A stretch of 64,000 bases of DNA from contig CAKPNP010000001.1 of NCBI GenBank assembly GCA_934169415.1, forward strand, positions 25,854 through 89,853, in the 5' to 3' direction. How positions within the stretch are numbered: position 1 is the stretch's first letter; each line of letters begins with the position of its first letter. The notes beneath the pieces are model-generated. The model was given only the letters and a program-made list of their open reading frames with translations, searched no databases and had not been told where the DNA came from. This document shows, one piece after another, positions 1-10,813 of the stretch. Both the position numbers and the translations under genes were made by a program. Origin of the DNA: an uncultured Bacilli bacterium. Its GTDB lineage: Bacteria; Bacillota_I; Bacilli_A; RF39; UBA660.

Positions 1-315
1 GCTCATCAAATTGAAAACCGTGTTTCATTTAGAATTGCTCAAAAAAGAGCTATTAGAAACACTATGAAAGCTGGAGCAAAAGGAATTAAAACAGCTGTTT
101 CAGGACGTTTAGGCGGAGCTGATATGGCTAGAACTGAAGGATATACAGAAGGTATGATTCCACTTCATACTTTAAGAGCTGATGTTGATTATGCTCATAA
201 AGAAGCAAATACAACATACGGTAAAATTGGTGTTAAAGTATGGATTTACAAAGGAGAAATCCTTAAAAAAGATAAGGGAGGTATGAAAGATGGCCGTAAT
301 ACCAAAAAGAACTAA
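1..315 (+). CDS. rpsC: 30S ribosomal protein S3, 3' partial (gene begins upstream of window)
   Basis: The C-terminal sequence [28 protein letters not shown]...[10 protein letters not shown] is a clear S3 C-terminus. It sits upstream of rplP in the conserved S10/spc order. Confidence 0.9.
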   Translation, partial: AHQIENRVSFRIAQKRAIRNTMKAGAKGIKTAVSGRLGGADMARTEGYTEGMIPLHTLRADVDYAHKEANTTYGKIGVKVWIYKGEILKKDKGGMKDGRNTKKN

Positions 316-718
316 ATACCGTCGTCCTCATAGACTACCTTATGACGGTTTAGCTAAAGGTAATACAGAATTACACTTTGGTGACTATGGATTACAAGCA
401 TTAGAAGGTGCTTGGATTACACAACAACAAATAGAAGCAGCTCGTGTTGCAATGACTCGTTATATGAAACGTGGAGGAAAGGTTTATATTAATATTTTCC
501 CACACTTATCATTAACTAGAATACCTCTAGAAACTCGTATGGGTAAAGGTAAAGGTCAACCAGAAGAATGGGTTGCAGTTGTTAAGAAAAATAAAATTAT
601 GTTTGAAATTAAAGATGTTGATGAAGCAACAGCACGTGAAGCTTTACGTCTTGCTATGCATAAACTTCCTATCAAATGTAAATTTGTAAAGAAGGATGGT
701 GAAAACGTTGAAAAATAA
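290..718 (+). CDS. rplP: 50S ribosomal protein L16
   Basis: 142 aa beginning [15 protein letters not shown], the L16 signature. It overlaps the rpsC end as usual. Confidence 0.95.
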   Translation: MAVIPKRTKYRRPHRLPYDGLAKGNTELHFGDYGLQALEGAWITQQQIEAARVAMTRYMKRGGKVYINIFPHLSLTRIPLETRMGKGKGQPEEWVAVVKKNKIMFEIKDVDEATAREALRLAMHKLPIKCKFVKKDGENVEK

Positions 719-902
719 TGAATTAAGAGAATTATCTACTGAAGAATTAACTAAAAAAGTTGCTGAATACAAAGAAGAATTATTTAACTTACGTTTTAGC
801 CAAGCTACTGGAAATCTTGAAAAACCTTCAAGAATTAAAGAACTAAGAAAGTTAGTCGCTAGAATAAAAACTATTATTCGTGAACGCGAACTAAATAATT
901 AG
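696..902 (+). CDS. rpmC: 50S ribosomal protein L29. The real start is probably the TTG at 708, giving MKNNELREL.
   Basis: [36 protein letters not shown] matches L29. It lies between rplP and rpsQ. Confidence 0.9.
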   Translation: MVKTLKNNELRELSTEELTKKVAEYKEELFNLRFSQATGNLEKPSRIKELRKLVARIKTIIRERELNN

Positions 903-912
903 GAGGTACTTT

Positions 913-1167
913 ATGGAAAACAAACGTGAATTAATTGGTAAAGTTGTAAGTAATAAATGTGATAAAACTATAACTGTTTTAGTTGAAACTTACAAAACAA
1001 ATAAAAAATATAAAAAACGTGTTAAGTATTCTAAAAAATACGCTGCACACGATGAAAAAAATGAAGCTATGGTTGGCGATACTGTTCGTATTGCAGAAAC
1101 TAGACCATTATCTAAAACTAAACGTTATCGCTTAGTTGAAGTGGTAGAAAAAGCAATTATACTATAA
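913..1167 (+). CDS. rpsQ: 30S ribosomal protein S17
   Basis: 84 aa with [22 protein letters not shown], an S17 family sequence. There is an RBS AGGAGG 7 nt upstream. Confidence 0.95.
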   Translation: MENKRELIGKVVSNKCDKTITVLVETYKTNKKYKKRVKYSKKYAAHDEKNEAMVGDTVRIAETRPLSKTKRYRLVEVVEKAIIL

Positions 1168-1193
1168 TTGTTAAAGCATAAGGAGGATTAATT

Positions 1194-1562
1194 ATGATTC
1201 AACAAGAAAGTCGTCTTAAAGTTGCTGATAACTCAGGAGCTAGAGAAATTTCTGTAATTAGAGTTCTTGGTGGAAGTAAAGTTAAGACTGGAAATATCGG
1301 TGATATAGTTGTTGGAACTGTAAAGAATGCTACTCCTAACGGAACAGTTGCTAAAGGAAAAGTTGTTAAAGCTGTTATAGTTAGAAGTAAATTCGGTCTA
1401 AAGAGAACTGATGGATCTTATATTAAATTTGATGATAACGCTTGTGTAATTATTAAAGATGATAAAAGCCCAGTTGGAACTCGTGTATTTGGACCAGTAG
1501 CACGTGAATTACGTGATAAAGATTTCATGAAAATTGTATCACTAGCTAAAGAAGTGTTATAG
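1194..1562 (+). CDS. rplN: 50S ribosomal protein L14
   Basis: 122 aa with [19 protein letters not shown], the L14 N-terminus. RBS AAGGAGG. Confidence 0.96.
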   Translation: MIQQESRLKVADNSGAREISVIRVLGGSKVKTGNIGDIVVGTVKNATPNGTVAKGKVVKAVIVRSKFGLKRTDGSYIKFDDNACVIIKDDKSPVGTRVFGPVARELRDKDFMKIVSLAKEVL

Positions 1563-1571
1563 GAGGAAACT

Positions 1572-1877
1572 ATGTTAAAAAAAGGAGATAAGGTAGTAGT
1601 TATCGCTGGATCTTCTAAAGGTAAAGAAGGAACTGTATTAAGAGTCTTAAGAGATGAAAATAGAGTTTTAGTAGAAGGCGTTAATATGGTTAAGAAACAT
1701 GTTAAACCTAATGGTGAACAAAGTGGCTCTATTATTGAAATAGAAGCTCCAATCCATATTTCAAACGTTATGATTTTAGATCCAAAAACTAAAAAACCTA
1801 CACGTATAGGTCATACTACAAATAAAGCAGGAAAAAAGGTTAGATTTGCTAAAAAATCTAATGAAAATCTTGATTAA
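1572..1877 (+). CDS. rplX: 50S ribosomal protein L24
   Basis: 101 aa with a KOW-type [23 protein letters not shown] motif. Confidence 0.95.
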   Translation: MLKKGDKVVVIAGSSKGKEGTVLRVLRDENRVLVEGVNMVKKHVKPNGEQSGSIIEIEAPIHISNVMILDPKTKKPTRIGHTTNKAGKKVRFAKKSNENLD

Positions 1878-1891
1878 GGAAGGAGGGTATT

Positions 1892-2431
1892 ATGAACCGC
1901 CTAAAAGAAAAATATAATAATGAAATCAAAAAAGATTTACAATCAAAATATAATTATAAAAGTGTCATGGAAGTTCCAAAATTAAATAAAATCGTTATCA
2001 ACATTGGTGTTGGTGATGCCTCACATAACAGCAAAATGTTAGAAGTAGCTATGAAAGAATTAGGAATTATATCAGGTCAAAAACCAGTTGCTACTAAAGC
2101 TAAAAAAGCTATAGCTGGTTTTAAAATAAGAGAAGGACAACCAATCGGATGTAAAGTAACATTACGTGGCGAAAGAATGTATAATTTCTTAGATAAATTA
2201 ATTAGTATTACACTTCCACGTGTAAGAGATTTTAGAGGTTTATCTAATAAAGCTTATGATGGACGTGGTAATTATACATTAGGATTAACTGAACAGTTAA
2301 TATTCTCTGAAATTAATTACGATGACGTAGTTAAAGTAAGAGGTATGGATATAGTATTCGTAACTACTGCAAAAACAAACGAAGAAGCTCATGACCTATT
2401 AAAAGGTTTTGGAATGCCATTCAAAAATTAG
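1892..2431 (+). CDS. rplE: 50S ribosomal protein L5
   Basis: 179 aa with [16 protein letters not shown] and the [15 protein letters not shown]5 signature. Confidence 0.96.
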   Translation: MNRLKEKYNNEIKKDLQSKYNYKSVMEVPKLNKIVINIGVGDASHNSKMLEVAMKELGIISGQKPVATKAKKAIAGFKIREGQPIGCKVTLRGERMYNFLDKLISITLPRVRDFRGLSNKAYDGRGNYTLGLTEQLIFSEINYDDVVKVRGMDIVFVTTAKTNEEAHDLLKGFGMPFKN

Positions 2432-2440
2432 GAGGATATT

Positions 2441-2626
2441 ATGGCTAAGAAAAGCATGATTATAAAAGCTAGTCGTAAACCAAAATACAAAGTACGTGAA
2501 TATACTAGATGTAATCTTTGTGGAAGACCTCATGCAGTATTAAAAAAATACGGAATTTGTAGAATTTGTTTTAGAGAATTAGCTTACAAAGGACAAATAC
2601 CAGGTGTTAAAAAATCAAGTTGGTAA
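2441..2626 (+). CDS. rpsN: 30S ribosomal protein S14 type Z (zinc-binding, 61 aa)
   Basis: A short S14 with a CxxC...CxxC zinc ribbon ([25 protein letters not shown]). It sits between rplE and rpsH. Confidence 0.95.
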   Translation: MAKKSMIIKASRKPKYKVREYTRCNLCGRPHAVLKKYGICRICFRELAYKGQIPGVKKSSW

Positions 2627-2641
2627 GAAAAGGAGGATTAT

Positions 2642-3034
2642 ATGGTAACAGATCCAATCGCAGATATGCTTACACGTATTCGTAACGCAAATGCTATGCG
2701 ATATAAAGAAGTTGAAATTCCATCTAGTAAAGTTAAAGTTGAAATTGCTAAGATTTTAAAAGATGAAGGTTTTATCAACGATTATAAAATTAAGAAAAAT
2801 AATGTACAAGATGTTATTGTTATGAACTTAAAATATGAAAATAAAACAAGAGTTATAACAGGATTAAAAAGAATTTCTAAACCAGGTTTAAGAGTATATG
2901 TTAAATCTGAAGAAATACCTAAAGTATTAAACGGATTAGGTATTGCAATATTATCAACATCAAAAGGAATTATGACAGGTAAGGCTGCTAAAACTTCTAA
3001 CTTAGGTGGAGAAGTATTAGCTTATATCTGGTAG
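2642..3034 (+). CDS. rpsH: 30S ribosomal protein S8
   Basis: 130 aa with [30 protein letters not shown], an S8 signature. Confidence 0.96.
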   Translation: MVTDPIADMLTRIRNANAMRYKEVEIPSSKVKVEIAKILKDEGFINDYKIKKNNVQDVIVMNLKYENKTRVITGLKRISKPGLRVYVKSEEIPKVLNGLGIAILSTSKGIMTGKAAKTSNLGGEVLAYIW

Positions 3035-3047
3035 AAAGGGTGAATTT

Positions 3048-3581
3048 ATGAGTCGTATAGGAAATAGAGTATTAACACTTCCTAGTAATGTAACTTTAAC
3101 AGTTAATGATAATACAGTTACAGTTAATGGACCAAAAGGAACACTTTCTACAACTGTTGATAAACATATAACTGTTATGGTAAAAGATAATGAAGTTGTT
3201 ATTACAAGAGAAAATGATAACTACAAAAATTTCCATGGAACTGCAAATGCTAATATTAAAAATATGATCAATGGTGTTAGCACTGGTTTTGAAAAAAAAT
3301 TAGAAGCAGTTGGTGTAGGATATCGTTTTACACTTAAAGATGGTAAGTTAGTTGTAAACGCTGGATATTCACATCCTGTAGAAGTTGAAATACCAGCAGG
3401 AATTACTTTAGAAGTTCCATCAAATACAGAATTATTTGTACGTGGAGCTGATAAACAATTAGTTGGTGAATTTTCAGCTAACGTTCGTAAAATAAGAAAG
3501 CCAGAACCATATAAAGGAAAAGGTATTCGTTATACTGATGAACACATTATCCGTAAAGTTGGTAAAAAAGCTGGTAAATAA
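3048..3581 (+). CDS. rplF: 50S ribosomal protein L6
   Basis: 177 aa with [35 protein letters not shown]6. Confidence 0.96.
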   Translation: MSRIGNRVLTLPSNVTLTVNDNTVTVNGPKGTLSTTVDKHITVMVKDNEVVITRENDNYKNFHGTANANIKNMINGVSTGFEKKLEAVGVGYRFTLKDGKLVVNAGYSHPVEVEIPAGITLEVPSNTELFVRGADKQLVGEFSANVRKIRKPEPYKGKGIRYTDEHIIRKVGKKAGK

Positions 3582-3604
3582 TAAATAAAAAAGGAGACGT
3601 TAAA

Positions 3605-3967
3605 ATGATTAAGAAAGAATCAAGAAATGTTGCCCGTGTTGCTAGACATGAACGTATTAGATCTAAGGTATCAGGAACTAGTGAATGTCCTAGATTAAAC
3701 GTTTTTAGAAGCAATAGTAATATCTTTGCTCAAATCATTGACGATACTAAAGGAATCACTTTAGCATCAGCTTCTTCAATTGATAAAGAATTAAAATTAG
3801 AAAATGGTTCTAATGTTGAAGCAGCTATTAAAGTTGGTGAATTATTAGCTAAAAGAGCTAAAGATAAAAAAATTACAAAAGTAACATTCGATAGAGGTGG
3901 ATACCTTTATCATGGACGTGTTAAAGCATTAGCTGATGCAGCACGTGAAAATGGATTAGAATTTTAG
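3605..3967 (+). CDS. rplR: 50S ribosomal protein L18
   Basis: 120 aa; L18 family, with the characteristic [26 protein letters not shown]-terminus. Confidence 0.95.
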   Translation: MIKKESRNVARVARHERIRSKVSGTSECPRLNVFRSNSNIFAQIIDDTKGITLASASSIDKELKLENGSNVEAAIKVGELLAKRAKDKKITKVTFDRGGYLYHGRVKALADAARENGLEF

Positions 3968-3976
3968 GAGGGAATT

Positions 3977-4483
3977 ATGGAAAAAGCAAAAAGAGAACCA
4001 CGCCCAAAACAATTTGATGAAGAAGTAATCAATATTGGCCGCGTTACTAAAGTAACAAAAGGTGGTCGTCATTTCCGTTTTTCAGCTACTGTTGCAGTAG
4101 GAGATCGTAAAGGTCGCGTTGGAATAGGAACTGGTAAAGCTAACGAAGTACCAGATGCTATTAAAAAAGCTGTAGCAGCTGCTACAAAAAATGTAACTAA
4201 TGTTTCTATCGTAGATGGAACAATCCCACACGAAGCAATCGGAACAACAGGTGCTAGCAAAATTATGTTAAAACCTGCATGCGAAGGTACTGGAGTTAAA
4301 GCTGGTGGAGCAGTTCGTGCTGTACTAGAATTAGCTGGTGTTAAAAATATATTATCTAAATCACTTGGATCAAATACTAAAGTAAATATGGCTTATGCTA
4401 CTTTATCAGCATTAAAAAGTCAAAGAACTAAAGAAGAAGTTGCTCGCTTACGTGGTAAATCAGTAGAGGAGATAATGCAATAA
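3977..4483 (+). CDS. rpsE: 30S ribosomal protein S5
   Basis: 168 aa with [38 protein letters not shown], the S5 dsRBD signature. Its stop overlaps the rplO start as TAATG. Confidence 0.96.
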   Translation: MEKAKREPRPKQFDEEVINIGRVTKVTKGGRHFRFSATVAVGDRKGRVGIGTGKANEVPDAIKKAVAAATKNVTNVSIVDGTIPHEAIGTTGASKIMLKPACEGTGVKAGGAVRAVLELAGVKNILSKSLGSNTKVNMAYATLSALKSQRTKEEVARLRGKSVEEIMQ

Positions 4484-4926
4484 TGAAATTAAATACAATG
4501 CATCCTGCAGAAGGCGCTACAGAAACTAGAAAACGTATAGGACGTGGAATTGGTTCTGGTAACGGTAAAACTGCTGGAAAAGGTCATAAAGGTCAAAATG
4601 CTCGTTCTGGTGGAGGAGTTCGTCCAGGATTTGAAGGTGGACAATTACCACTTTATAGAAGACTTCCAAAACGTGGATTTAGTAATGCTAAATTCAAAGT
4701 AAGATATGCAACTATTAATTTAAGTGATTTAAATAGATTTGAAGACGGAGCTGTTGTAACTCCTGAATTATTGAAAGAAATGGGATTAGTTAAAAATCAA
4801 TTAGACGGAATTAAAGTATTAGGTAATGGTACTTTAGAGAAAAAATTAACTGTAAAAGCACATAATTTTTCAACTCGTGCACAAGCAGAAATTGAAAGAC
4901 TTGGTGGAAAAATCGAGGTGATGTAA
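4483..4926 (+). CDS. rplO: 50S ribosomal protein L15
   Basis: 147 aa with [39 protein letters not shown]15. It directly follows rpsE with no L30 gene between them. Confidence 0.95.
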   Translation: MKLNTMHPAEGATETRKRIGRGIGSGNGKTAGKGHKGQNARSGGGVRPGFEGGQLPLYRRLPKRGFSNAKFKVRYATINLSDLNRFEDGAVVTPELLKEMGLVKNQLDGIKVLGNGTLEKKLTVKAHNFSTRAQAEIERLGGKIEVM

Positions 4927-4927
4927 G

Positions 4928-6184
4928 ATGTTTGCAACTTTTAAGCAAATATTTAAACCTAAGAATAGGGATATTCTAAAAAGAATATTATTCACATTGA
5001 TTTGTCTATTTGTATTTGTTCTTGGTAAATCTATAGTAGTACCTGGGGTTAATCAATATTCTTTAGGTGTTTCTCAATTAGGATTTTTGGAACTTATAAA
5101 TATTATGGGTGGTGGAGCACTAGGACAATTTTCTATATTTGCACTAGGTGTTACTCCATACATAACAGCAAGTATTATTATTCAGATTTTAGCTATGGAT
5201 ATTATTCCATATTTATCTGAATTAAGAAAACAAGGTGGCACTGGTAGAAATGAGTTAAATAAAATTACTCGTATTACTGGTATTGCTTTGGCATTTATAC
5301 AAGGATATATATATTCATTTGCTTATCTAGGTAATAGTGGCATATTGAATATAGATTATTTACAATTTGCTTTAGTACTAACGGCTGGTACTTGTCTACT
5401 TTTATGGATAGGTGATCAGATTAGTGAAAAAGGAATTGGAAATGGAATTTCATTAATAATTATGGCAGGTATAATATCTAGTATGCCTACTATGTTTAAA
5501 ACAGCATTCACAAGTTTAACTAGTGATTATAGTGTTAAAGGAATAATATTATTTATACTTTATGTAGTTGTTTATATAGCAATTACTTTAGGTGTTGTAT
5601 ATACAGAAAATGCAGATAGAAGAATTAATGTTCAATATGCTAATAAAACTACTTCAGCATTTGGTGGTAAACAAAATTATATACCATTTAAACTTAATTC
5701 AGCTGGTGTTATGCCAGTAATACTAGCTTCTACATTACTTTCTATTCCATCACTAATTGCTAGTGTAGTAAAAAAAGAAGCTTTTACTAATTTTATAACA
5801 AATTATTTATCTACAAATACTCCTGTAGGATTTGTACTTTATATAATTTTAATCTTTGTATTTGCTTACTTTTATACATTTATGCAAATGAAACCAAGTG
5901 AAATGAGTGAAAATTTAAATAAAAATGGTGGATTTATTCCAGGAATTAAACCTGGTGATGATACTACAGATTATTTAAGTAAAGTACTTGGAAGAATTAC
6001 TATTGTTGGTGCATTTTTCTTAAGTATATTAGCTGCATTACCAATTTTATTTGGTATGTTATCTGGATTACCTAGTAGTGTAACATTAGGTGGTACAGGA
6101 TTATTAATCGTTGTTGGAGTTGCTTTAGAAACTTATAAACAATTAGAAAGTCAACTACAAAGTAGATCATATCGTAGAAGATGA
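4928..6184 (+). CDS. secY: Preprotein translocase subunit SecY
   Basis: 418 aa and multi-TM, with the conserved order rplO-secY-adk and SecY motifs (GNGISLIIMAGI). Confidence 0.95.
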   Translation: MFATFKQIFKPKNRDILKRILFTLICLFVFVLGKSIVVPGVNQYSLGVSQLGFLELINIMGGGALGQFSIFALGVTPYITASIIIQILAMDIIPYLSELRKQGGTGRNELNKITRITGIALAFIQGYIYSFAYLGNSGILNIDYLQFALVLTAGTCLLLWIGDQISEKGIGNGISLIIMAGIISSMPTMFKTAFTSLTSDYSVKGIILFILYVVVYIAITLGVVYTENADRRINVQYANKTTSAFGGKQNYIPFKLNSAGVMPVILASTLLSIPSLIASVVKKEAFTNFITNYLSTNTPVGFVLYIILIFVFAYFYTFMQMKPSEMSENLNKNGGFIPGIKPGDDTTDYLSKVLGRITIVGAFFLSILAALPILFGMLSGLPSSVTLGGTGLLIVVGVALETYKQLESQLQSRSYRRR

Positions 6185-6840
6185 AAAATATAATTTTAAT
6201 TGCCCCACCAGCTGCTGGTAAGGGAACTCAATCTAAGTTATTATGTGATAAGTATAATCTAGAGCATATTTCAACAGGTGATTTATTAAGAGCTACTTTA
6301 ACTAAAGATGATGAATTTAGCTTAAAAGTTAAAAGTATTATGGAAAGTGGTAAATTAGTTAGTGATGATATAGTACTTGAGTTACTTTCAAATAAAATAA
6401 AATCATTAACAGATTCTAATGGATTTATTCTAGATGGTTTTCCACGTAATGTTAATCAAGCTAAATCTTATGTAGAATTAGCTAATAAATTAAACATTTC
6501 AATTGGTAACATAATTTATATAGATGTGGATAAAGAAACAGTAAAAAATAGAATTACAGGAAGATTATCTTGTAAGAATTGTGGTGCCGTATATAATGAT
6601 AAAATTTTAGAACTTAATCCTAAGTTTAAAAATACATGTGATTTATGTAATGGTGAACTTACAAAAAGAGCTGATGATAATGAGACTACTTTTGAAGTTA
6701 GATATAATGAATATGTTAATGAGACATATCCTGTTATAAAATTCTTTGAAAGTAATGGATTATTATCTAGGGTTGATGGATTAAAAAGTACTAAAGAAGT
6801 TTTTTTAGAAATTGTAAAAATTATTGATAGAGGTAATTAA
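6181..6840 (+). CDS. adk: Adenylate kinase (zinc-lid type)
   Basis: P-loop IILIAPPAAGKGTQ and a CKNCG...CDLCNG zinc lid. Its start overlaps the secY end. Confidence 0.95.
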   Translation: MKNIILIAPPAAGKGTQSKLLCDKYNLEHISTGDLLRATLTKDDEFSLKVKSIMESGKLVSDDIVLELLSNKIKSLTDSNGFILDGFPRNVNQAKSYVELANKLNISIGNIIYIDVDKETVKNRITGRLSCKNCGAVYNDKILELNPKFKNTCDLCNGELTKRADDNETTFEVRYNEYVNETYPVIKFFESNGLLSRVDGLKSTKEVFLEIVKIIDRGN

Positions 6841-7581
6841 ATGATAAAAACAGAAGAAGAAATTGAACTTTTGAGGATTGCTGGTAAAATTACTGGTGAT
6901 ACTCACAATTATTTAAAAAGTTTTATTAAACCTGGTATAACAACAAAAGAATTAGATAAGCTTGCATATGATTATATTATTAGTCGTGATGCTACACCAT
7001 CTTTCTTAAATTATGAAGGTTATCCTGCTTCTATTTGTACTTCTATTAATGAAGAGGTAGTTCATGGAATCCCTGGGGATAGGAAACTAAAAAAAGGTGA
7101 TATAATATCTATTGATATTGGTGCTTGTTATAAAGGATATCACGGGGATTCTGCATGGACATATAAAGTTGGATCAGTAAGTCGTGAAAAAGAATATTTA
7201 ATGATTCACACTGAAAAATCTTTATTTGAAGGACTTAAGGCTGTAAAACCTGGTAATCACATTGGTGATATAGGTTATATGGTTGAAAGTTATGCAAAAA
7301 AACATAAATTAGGTGTAGTTAAAGAGCTAGTTGGTCATGGTGTAGGTTCCAATTTACATGAGAAACCTGATGTTCCTAATTATGGTAAGCCTCATACAGG
7401 GTTAGAACTAAAAGAGGGAATGGTAATTGCTGTTGAACCAATGCTTAATTTAGGTACAGCTACAGTTTATATCCTAGATGATGATTGGACTATCATAACA
7501 GGTGATGATAAACCATCAGCACATTTTGAACATACAGTTCTTGTTACAAAAGAAGGATATGAAATTTTAACAAAGAGGTGA
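6841..7581 (+). CDS. map: Methionine aminopeptidase type I
   Basis: 246 aa in the pita-bread fold family, with the conserved metal ligands HGIP, DIGA, HGVG and EPM context. Confidence 0.93.
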   Translation: MIKTEEEIELLRIAGKITGDTHNYLKSFIKPGITTKELDKLAYDYIISRDATPSFLNYEGYPASICTSINEEVVHGIPGDRKLKKGDIISIDIGACYKGYHGDSAWTYKVGSVSREKEYLMIHTEKSLFEGLKAVKPGNHIGDIGYMVESYAKKHKLGVVKELVGHGVGSNLHEKPDVPNYGKPHTGLELKEGMVIAVEPMLNLGTATVYILDDDWTIITGDDKPSAHFEHTVLVTKEGYEILTKR

Positions 7582-7585
7582 TATA

Positions 7586-7801
7586 ATGGCTAATAACGAC
7601 GTTATTGAAGTAGAAGGTAAAGTAATTGATATTTTGCCTCGTAATGAATACAGAGTAGAATTAGAAAACAAACATACTGTAATTGCTCGCGTTTCTGGTA
7701 AAATCCGAATGAATAAGATTCGCATTTTAACAGGTGATACAGTAGTTGTAGAGCTTTCACCATATGATTTAACACGCGGGCGTATAACTTACCGAAAATA
7801 G
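7586..7801 (+). CDS. infA: Translation initiation factor IF-1
   Basis: 71 aa with an S1-like domain, [36 protein letters not shown]. Confidence 0.95.
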   Translation: MANNDVIEVEGKVIDILPRNEYRVELENKHTVIARVSGKIRMNKIRILTGDTVVVELSPYDLTRGRITYRK

Positions 7802-7814
7802 TAGGAGGAAAATT

Positions 7815-7928
7815 ATGAAAGTAAAAGCATCAGTAAAACCAATATGTGAAAAATGTAAAGTAATTAGACGTAAGGGAAAAGTATATGTAATATGCTCAAA
7901 TCCTAAACATAAACAAAGACAAGGTTAA
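7815..7928 (+). CDS. rpmJ: 50S ribosomal protein L36 (37 aa; absent from the ORF track because of its size)
   Basis: Manual translation gives [37 protein letters not shown] with a CxxC...C...H zinc ribbon. RBS AGGAGGA lies upstream, and the gene sits between infA and rpsM. Confidence 0.9.
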   Translation: MKVKASVKPICEKCKVIRRKGKVYVICSNPKHKQRQG

Positions 7929-7940
7929 TAGGAGGTTAAA

Positions 7941-8306
7941 ATGGCACGTATTAAAGGTGTAGATATACCAAATAATAAAAGAATAGAAATAGCATTAACT
8001 TATATTTATGGAATTGGTAGAAGTTTATCAAACCAAATTTTAAAGGATGCTAATATTGATATTAATAAAAGAGCTGGTGAACTAGATAATGACGAATTAG
8101 CTAGAATTCGTGATGAAGTTAACAAATATATGACTGAAGGAGATCTTCGTCGTGAAGTTAACATGAACATTAAAACAAAGATGGAAATAAATAGCTACCA
8201 AGGTACTCGTCATAAAAAAGGATTACCAGTAAGAGGTCAAAGAACAAATCGTAATGCGCGTACTCGTAAGGGTAAAGGTAAAGTAGTAGCTAATAAGAAA
8301 AAATAG
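7941..8306 (+). CDS. rpsM: 30S ribosomal protein S13
   Basis: 121 aa with [27 protein letters not shown]13. Confidence 0.96.
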   Translation: MARIKGVDIPNNKRIEIALTYIYGIGRSLSNQILKDANIDINKRAGELDNDELARIRDEVNKYMTEGDLRREVNMNIKTKMEINSYQGTRHKKGLPVRGQRTNRNARTRKGKGKVVANKKK

Positions 8307-8328
8307 ACTTTAAAAGGAGGTTAATTTT

Positions 8329-8712
8329 ATGGCTTATAAAGCAAGAAAGAGAAAAATTAAAAAGAACATTCCTGAAGGTAAAGCATATATTCAATCAACA
8401 TTCAATAACACTATTGTAACTATTAGTGATATGGATGGTAATGCTATAAGTTGGGCATCAGCTGGAACTTTAGGTTTTAAAGGAAGTAAGAAATCAACTC
8501 CATTCGCTGCTGGAATGAGTGCTGAAGCTGCTGGTAAAGCTGCTGTAGATATGGGAATGAAAAAAGTAGCAGTATTTGTAAAAGGATTAGGATCAGGTAG
8601 AGAAACTGCAATCCGTTCATTACAAACTGCAGGTTTAGAAATAACAACCATCACTGATGTAACACCAATCCCACATAACGGATGTCGTCCACCAAAACGT
8701 CCAAGAGGATAA
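8329..8712 (+). CDS. rpsK: 30S ribosomal protein S11
   Basis: 127 aa with [29 protein letters not shown]11. Confidence 0.96.
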   Translation: MAYKARKRKIKKNIPEGKAYIQSTFNNTIVTISDMDGNAISWASAGTLGFKGSKKSTPFAAGMSAEAAGKAAVDMGMKKVAVFVKGLGSGRETAIRSLQTAGLEITTITDVTPIPHNGCRPPKRPRG

Positions 8713-8731
8713 TAAAAGGAGGGTTTATTAA

Positions 8732-9682
8732 ATGCTAAACTTTGAAAAACCAACATATAAAATAACTGAATATGTTGAAAATAATAATTTTGGAAAATTT
8801 GAATTAGAACCACTTGAGAGAGGTTTTGGTAATACTATAGGTAATGCTTTACGTAGAGTAATGTTATCTAGTATGCCAGGTAGTGCAATAGTAGCCGTTA
8901 AAATAGACGGTGTTATGCATGAATTTCAAACTATCGAAGGTGTAGTAGAAGATGTTACAGCAATTATTTTAAATTTAAAAAATGTTGTACTTAAAAATAA
9001 TTCAGAAGAAGAACAAACTATATATTTACACGCTGATACTGAAGGTGTAGTAACAGCTGGTGATATCAAAACTAATGAATCAGTAGAAGTTATTAATAAA
9101 GATCAAGTAATAGCAACGCTTGCTAAAGGTGGAAAACTTGACATGGAATTATTAGTAAGAAATGGACGTGGATACGTTCCTGGAGATAAAAATAAACAAT
9201 ATATTGAAAATTCTAAATTAGGATTTATTCCAATTGATGCGTTATATTCTCCAATTGAAAAAATTAGCTATGAAGTAGAAAATGCCCGTGTAGGACAAGA
9301 TGCTAGTTATGATAAATTAGTTTTATATGTAAATACAAATGGTTCTTTAAGACCTGAAGAAGCTATTGCTTTAGGTTCTAAAATATTAATTGAACACTTC
9401 AATATTTTAACAGAATTATCAGAAATAGCTGATATGACTGGTATTATGAGTGCTAAACAAGAAGATAGCAAAATTAAGAAATTAGAAACACCAATTGAAG
9501 ATTTAGATTTCTCTGTAAGAGCATTTAATTGCTTAAAGAGAGCTAATATTAATACATTAGGTGATTTAACAGAAAAATCAGAACTTGAAATGATGAAAAT
9601 CCGTAATTTAGGTAAGAAATCATTAAAAGAAGTTATTGATAAGATTAAAGGCATGGGACTTAGATTCCGTGACGAAGACTAG
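8732..9682 (+). CDS. rpoA: DNA-directed RNA polymerase alpha subunit
   Basis: 316 aa with RpoA N-terminal and C-terminal domains ([15 protein letters not shown]; the C-terminal domain reads [22 protein letters not shown]). Confidence 0.96.
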   Translation: MLNFEKPTYKITEYVENNNFGKFELEPLERGFGNTIGNALRRVMLSSMPGSAIVAVKIDGVMHEFQTIEGVVEDVTAIILNLKNVVLKNNSEEEQTIYLHADTEGVVTAGDIKTNESVEVINKDQVIATLAKGGKLDMELLVRNGRGYVPGDKNKQYIENSKLGFIPIDALYSPIEKISYEVENARVGQDASYDKLVLYVNTNGSLRPEEAIALGSKILIEHFNILTELSEIADMTGIMSAKQEDSKIKKLETPIEDLDFSVRAFNCLKRANINTLGDLTEKSELEMMKIRNLGKKSLKEVIDKIKGMGLRFRDED

Positions 9683-9693
9683 GAGGTAATTTT

Positions 9694-10047
9694 ATGTATA
9701 GAAAATTAGGTCGTACTAATAAACATAGAAGAAGCATGCTAGCTAACTTAACTAAAGATGTTATCATGAATGAAAAAATTACTACAACTGAAACAAGAGC
9801 CAAAGAAGCACGTAAATTCGTTGATAAAATGATTTCTTATGGTAAGGATGGATCTTTAGTAGCTAGAAGAAAAGCATTAGCTTTCTTACAAAACGATACA
9901 GAAGCAGTTAAAAAAGTATTTGACGTTTTAGCACCTCGTTATGCTAAACGTAATGGTGGATATACTAGAATAATTAAGCTTGATGAACGTCGTGGAGATG
10001 ATGCTTTAATGGTTATTTTAGAATTAGTTGAAGAGGATGCTAAATAG
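9694..10047 (+). CDS. rplQ: 50S ribosomal protein L17
   Basis: 117 aa with [20 protein letters not shown]17. Confidence 0.95.
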   Translation: MYRKLGRTNKHRRSMLANLTKDVIMNEKITTTETRAKEARKFVDKMISYGKDGSLVARRKALAFLQNDTEAVKKVFDVLAPRYAKRNGGYTRIIKLDERRGDDALMVILELVEEDAK

Positions 10048-10058
10048 CATTCTTTTTT
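10031..10058 (+). repeat. Direct repeat copy 1 (28 bp, AAGAGGATGCTAAATAGCATTCTTTTTT), i.e. the rplQ 3' end plus terminator
   Basis: An identical 28-mer recurs at 11477-11504. The two copies bracket the two zinc-ribbon/bPH genes. Confidence 0.85.
10035..10058 (+). terminator. Rho-independent terminator of the ribosomal/rpoA operon
   Basis: Stem GGATGC/GCATTC (one G-U pair), loop TAAATA, then TTTTTT. It overlaps the rplQ stop codon. Confidence 0.6.
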
Positions 10059-10137
10059 CATAATTATATAATAATAAAGTACTAAAATAGGTTTTAAATA
10101 AAATTATGAATATGTTTATTCAATTATCTTAAAAATT

Positions 10138-10167
10138 GTTGCAAAAATGTTTGAAATATTATATACT
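10138..10167 (+). promoter_or_regulatory. Putative sigma-A promoter for the zinc-ribbon/bPH gene pair
   Basis: TTGCAA (10138-10143), an 18-nt spacer, then TATACT (10162-10167), followed by RBS AAAGGAGA. Confidence 0.35.
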
Positions 10168-10205
10168 AAGCTTAATTAATTTTGTAAAAGGAGAATGTGA
10201 AATAT

Positions 10206-10784
10206 ATGTTTTGTGAGAACTGTGGTAACAAGTTACCAGAAGAATCAAAATTTTGTCCTAGTTGTGGTGCTAGCATAACACATGTTAATGTAGATTCATC
10301 AAGTGAAAAATTATTAGATACAGAAATACAATTAAGTGTACGTCCAAGTTATAAATTTGGATATATGTTATTACCAGAATTAATTGTATGTGGGATTTTT
10401 AGTTTAATGATGGGTCTAATATTTGGAATAGCAAACTTTCGTATGGGAATTGTAGCATTTTTAATAAACTTTGTGATTTTATTTGCTACAGTAATTTTAA
10501 AGGCAATAATAACTAAAAAACAATATAATAATTTTTGTTATGATTTTTATAAAACGAAAGTTGTCTACAAAGATAAATTTTTAAATTTATCTGAAAAGGA
10601 AGTAAAATATAAATATATAAGAGAAATAACAATGCGTCAAACATTCGTACAAAGATATTTTAATTTAGGAGATATTATATTATTTACTAATGCAGAAAAT
10701 AGTTATGGCAATGGTATCCGTATTGTTAATGTTGAAAATGTGGAAGACATTTATAAAAATATAAAATCTATTATTAACATTTAA
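10206..10784 (+). CDS. Membrane protein: N-terminal zinc-ribbon, 2 TM helices, C-terminal bPH_2 (DUF304/YdbT-like) domain; paralog A
   Basis: MFCENCGNKLPEESKFCPSCG is a zinc ribbon. Two hydrophobic helices follow, then a PH-like tail with KYKYIREITM. The track ORF starts at GTG 10197, but the ATG at 10206 has proper RBS spacing. Confidence 0.7.
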   Translation: MFCENCGNKLPEESKFCPSCGASITHVNVDSSSEKLLDTEIQLSVRPSYKFGYMLLPELIVCGIFSLMMGLIFGIANFRMGIVAFLINFVILFATVILKAIITKKQYNNFCYDFYKTKVVYKDKFLNLSEKEVKYKYIREITMRQTFVQRYFNLGDIILFTNAENSYGNGIRIVNVENVEDIYKNIKSIINI

Positions 10785-10813
10785 TCAATTTTATAATAAA
10801 AGGAGAGATAAGT

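Noticed and set aside
4069-4260. 63-aa minus-strand ORF
   Set aside because: It lies entirely antisense within rpsE. It is hydrophobic with low complexity and has no RBS. It is a typical shadow ORF of a highly expressed gene.
8391-8813. 140-aa minus-strand ORF
   Set aside because: It is antisense to rpsK and the rpoA start. No independent support.
9307-9654. 115-aa minus-strand ORF
   Set aside because: It is antisense within rpoA.
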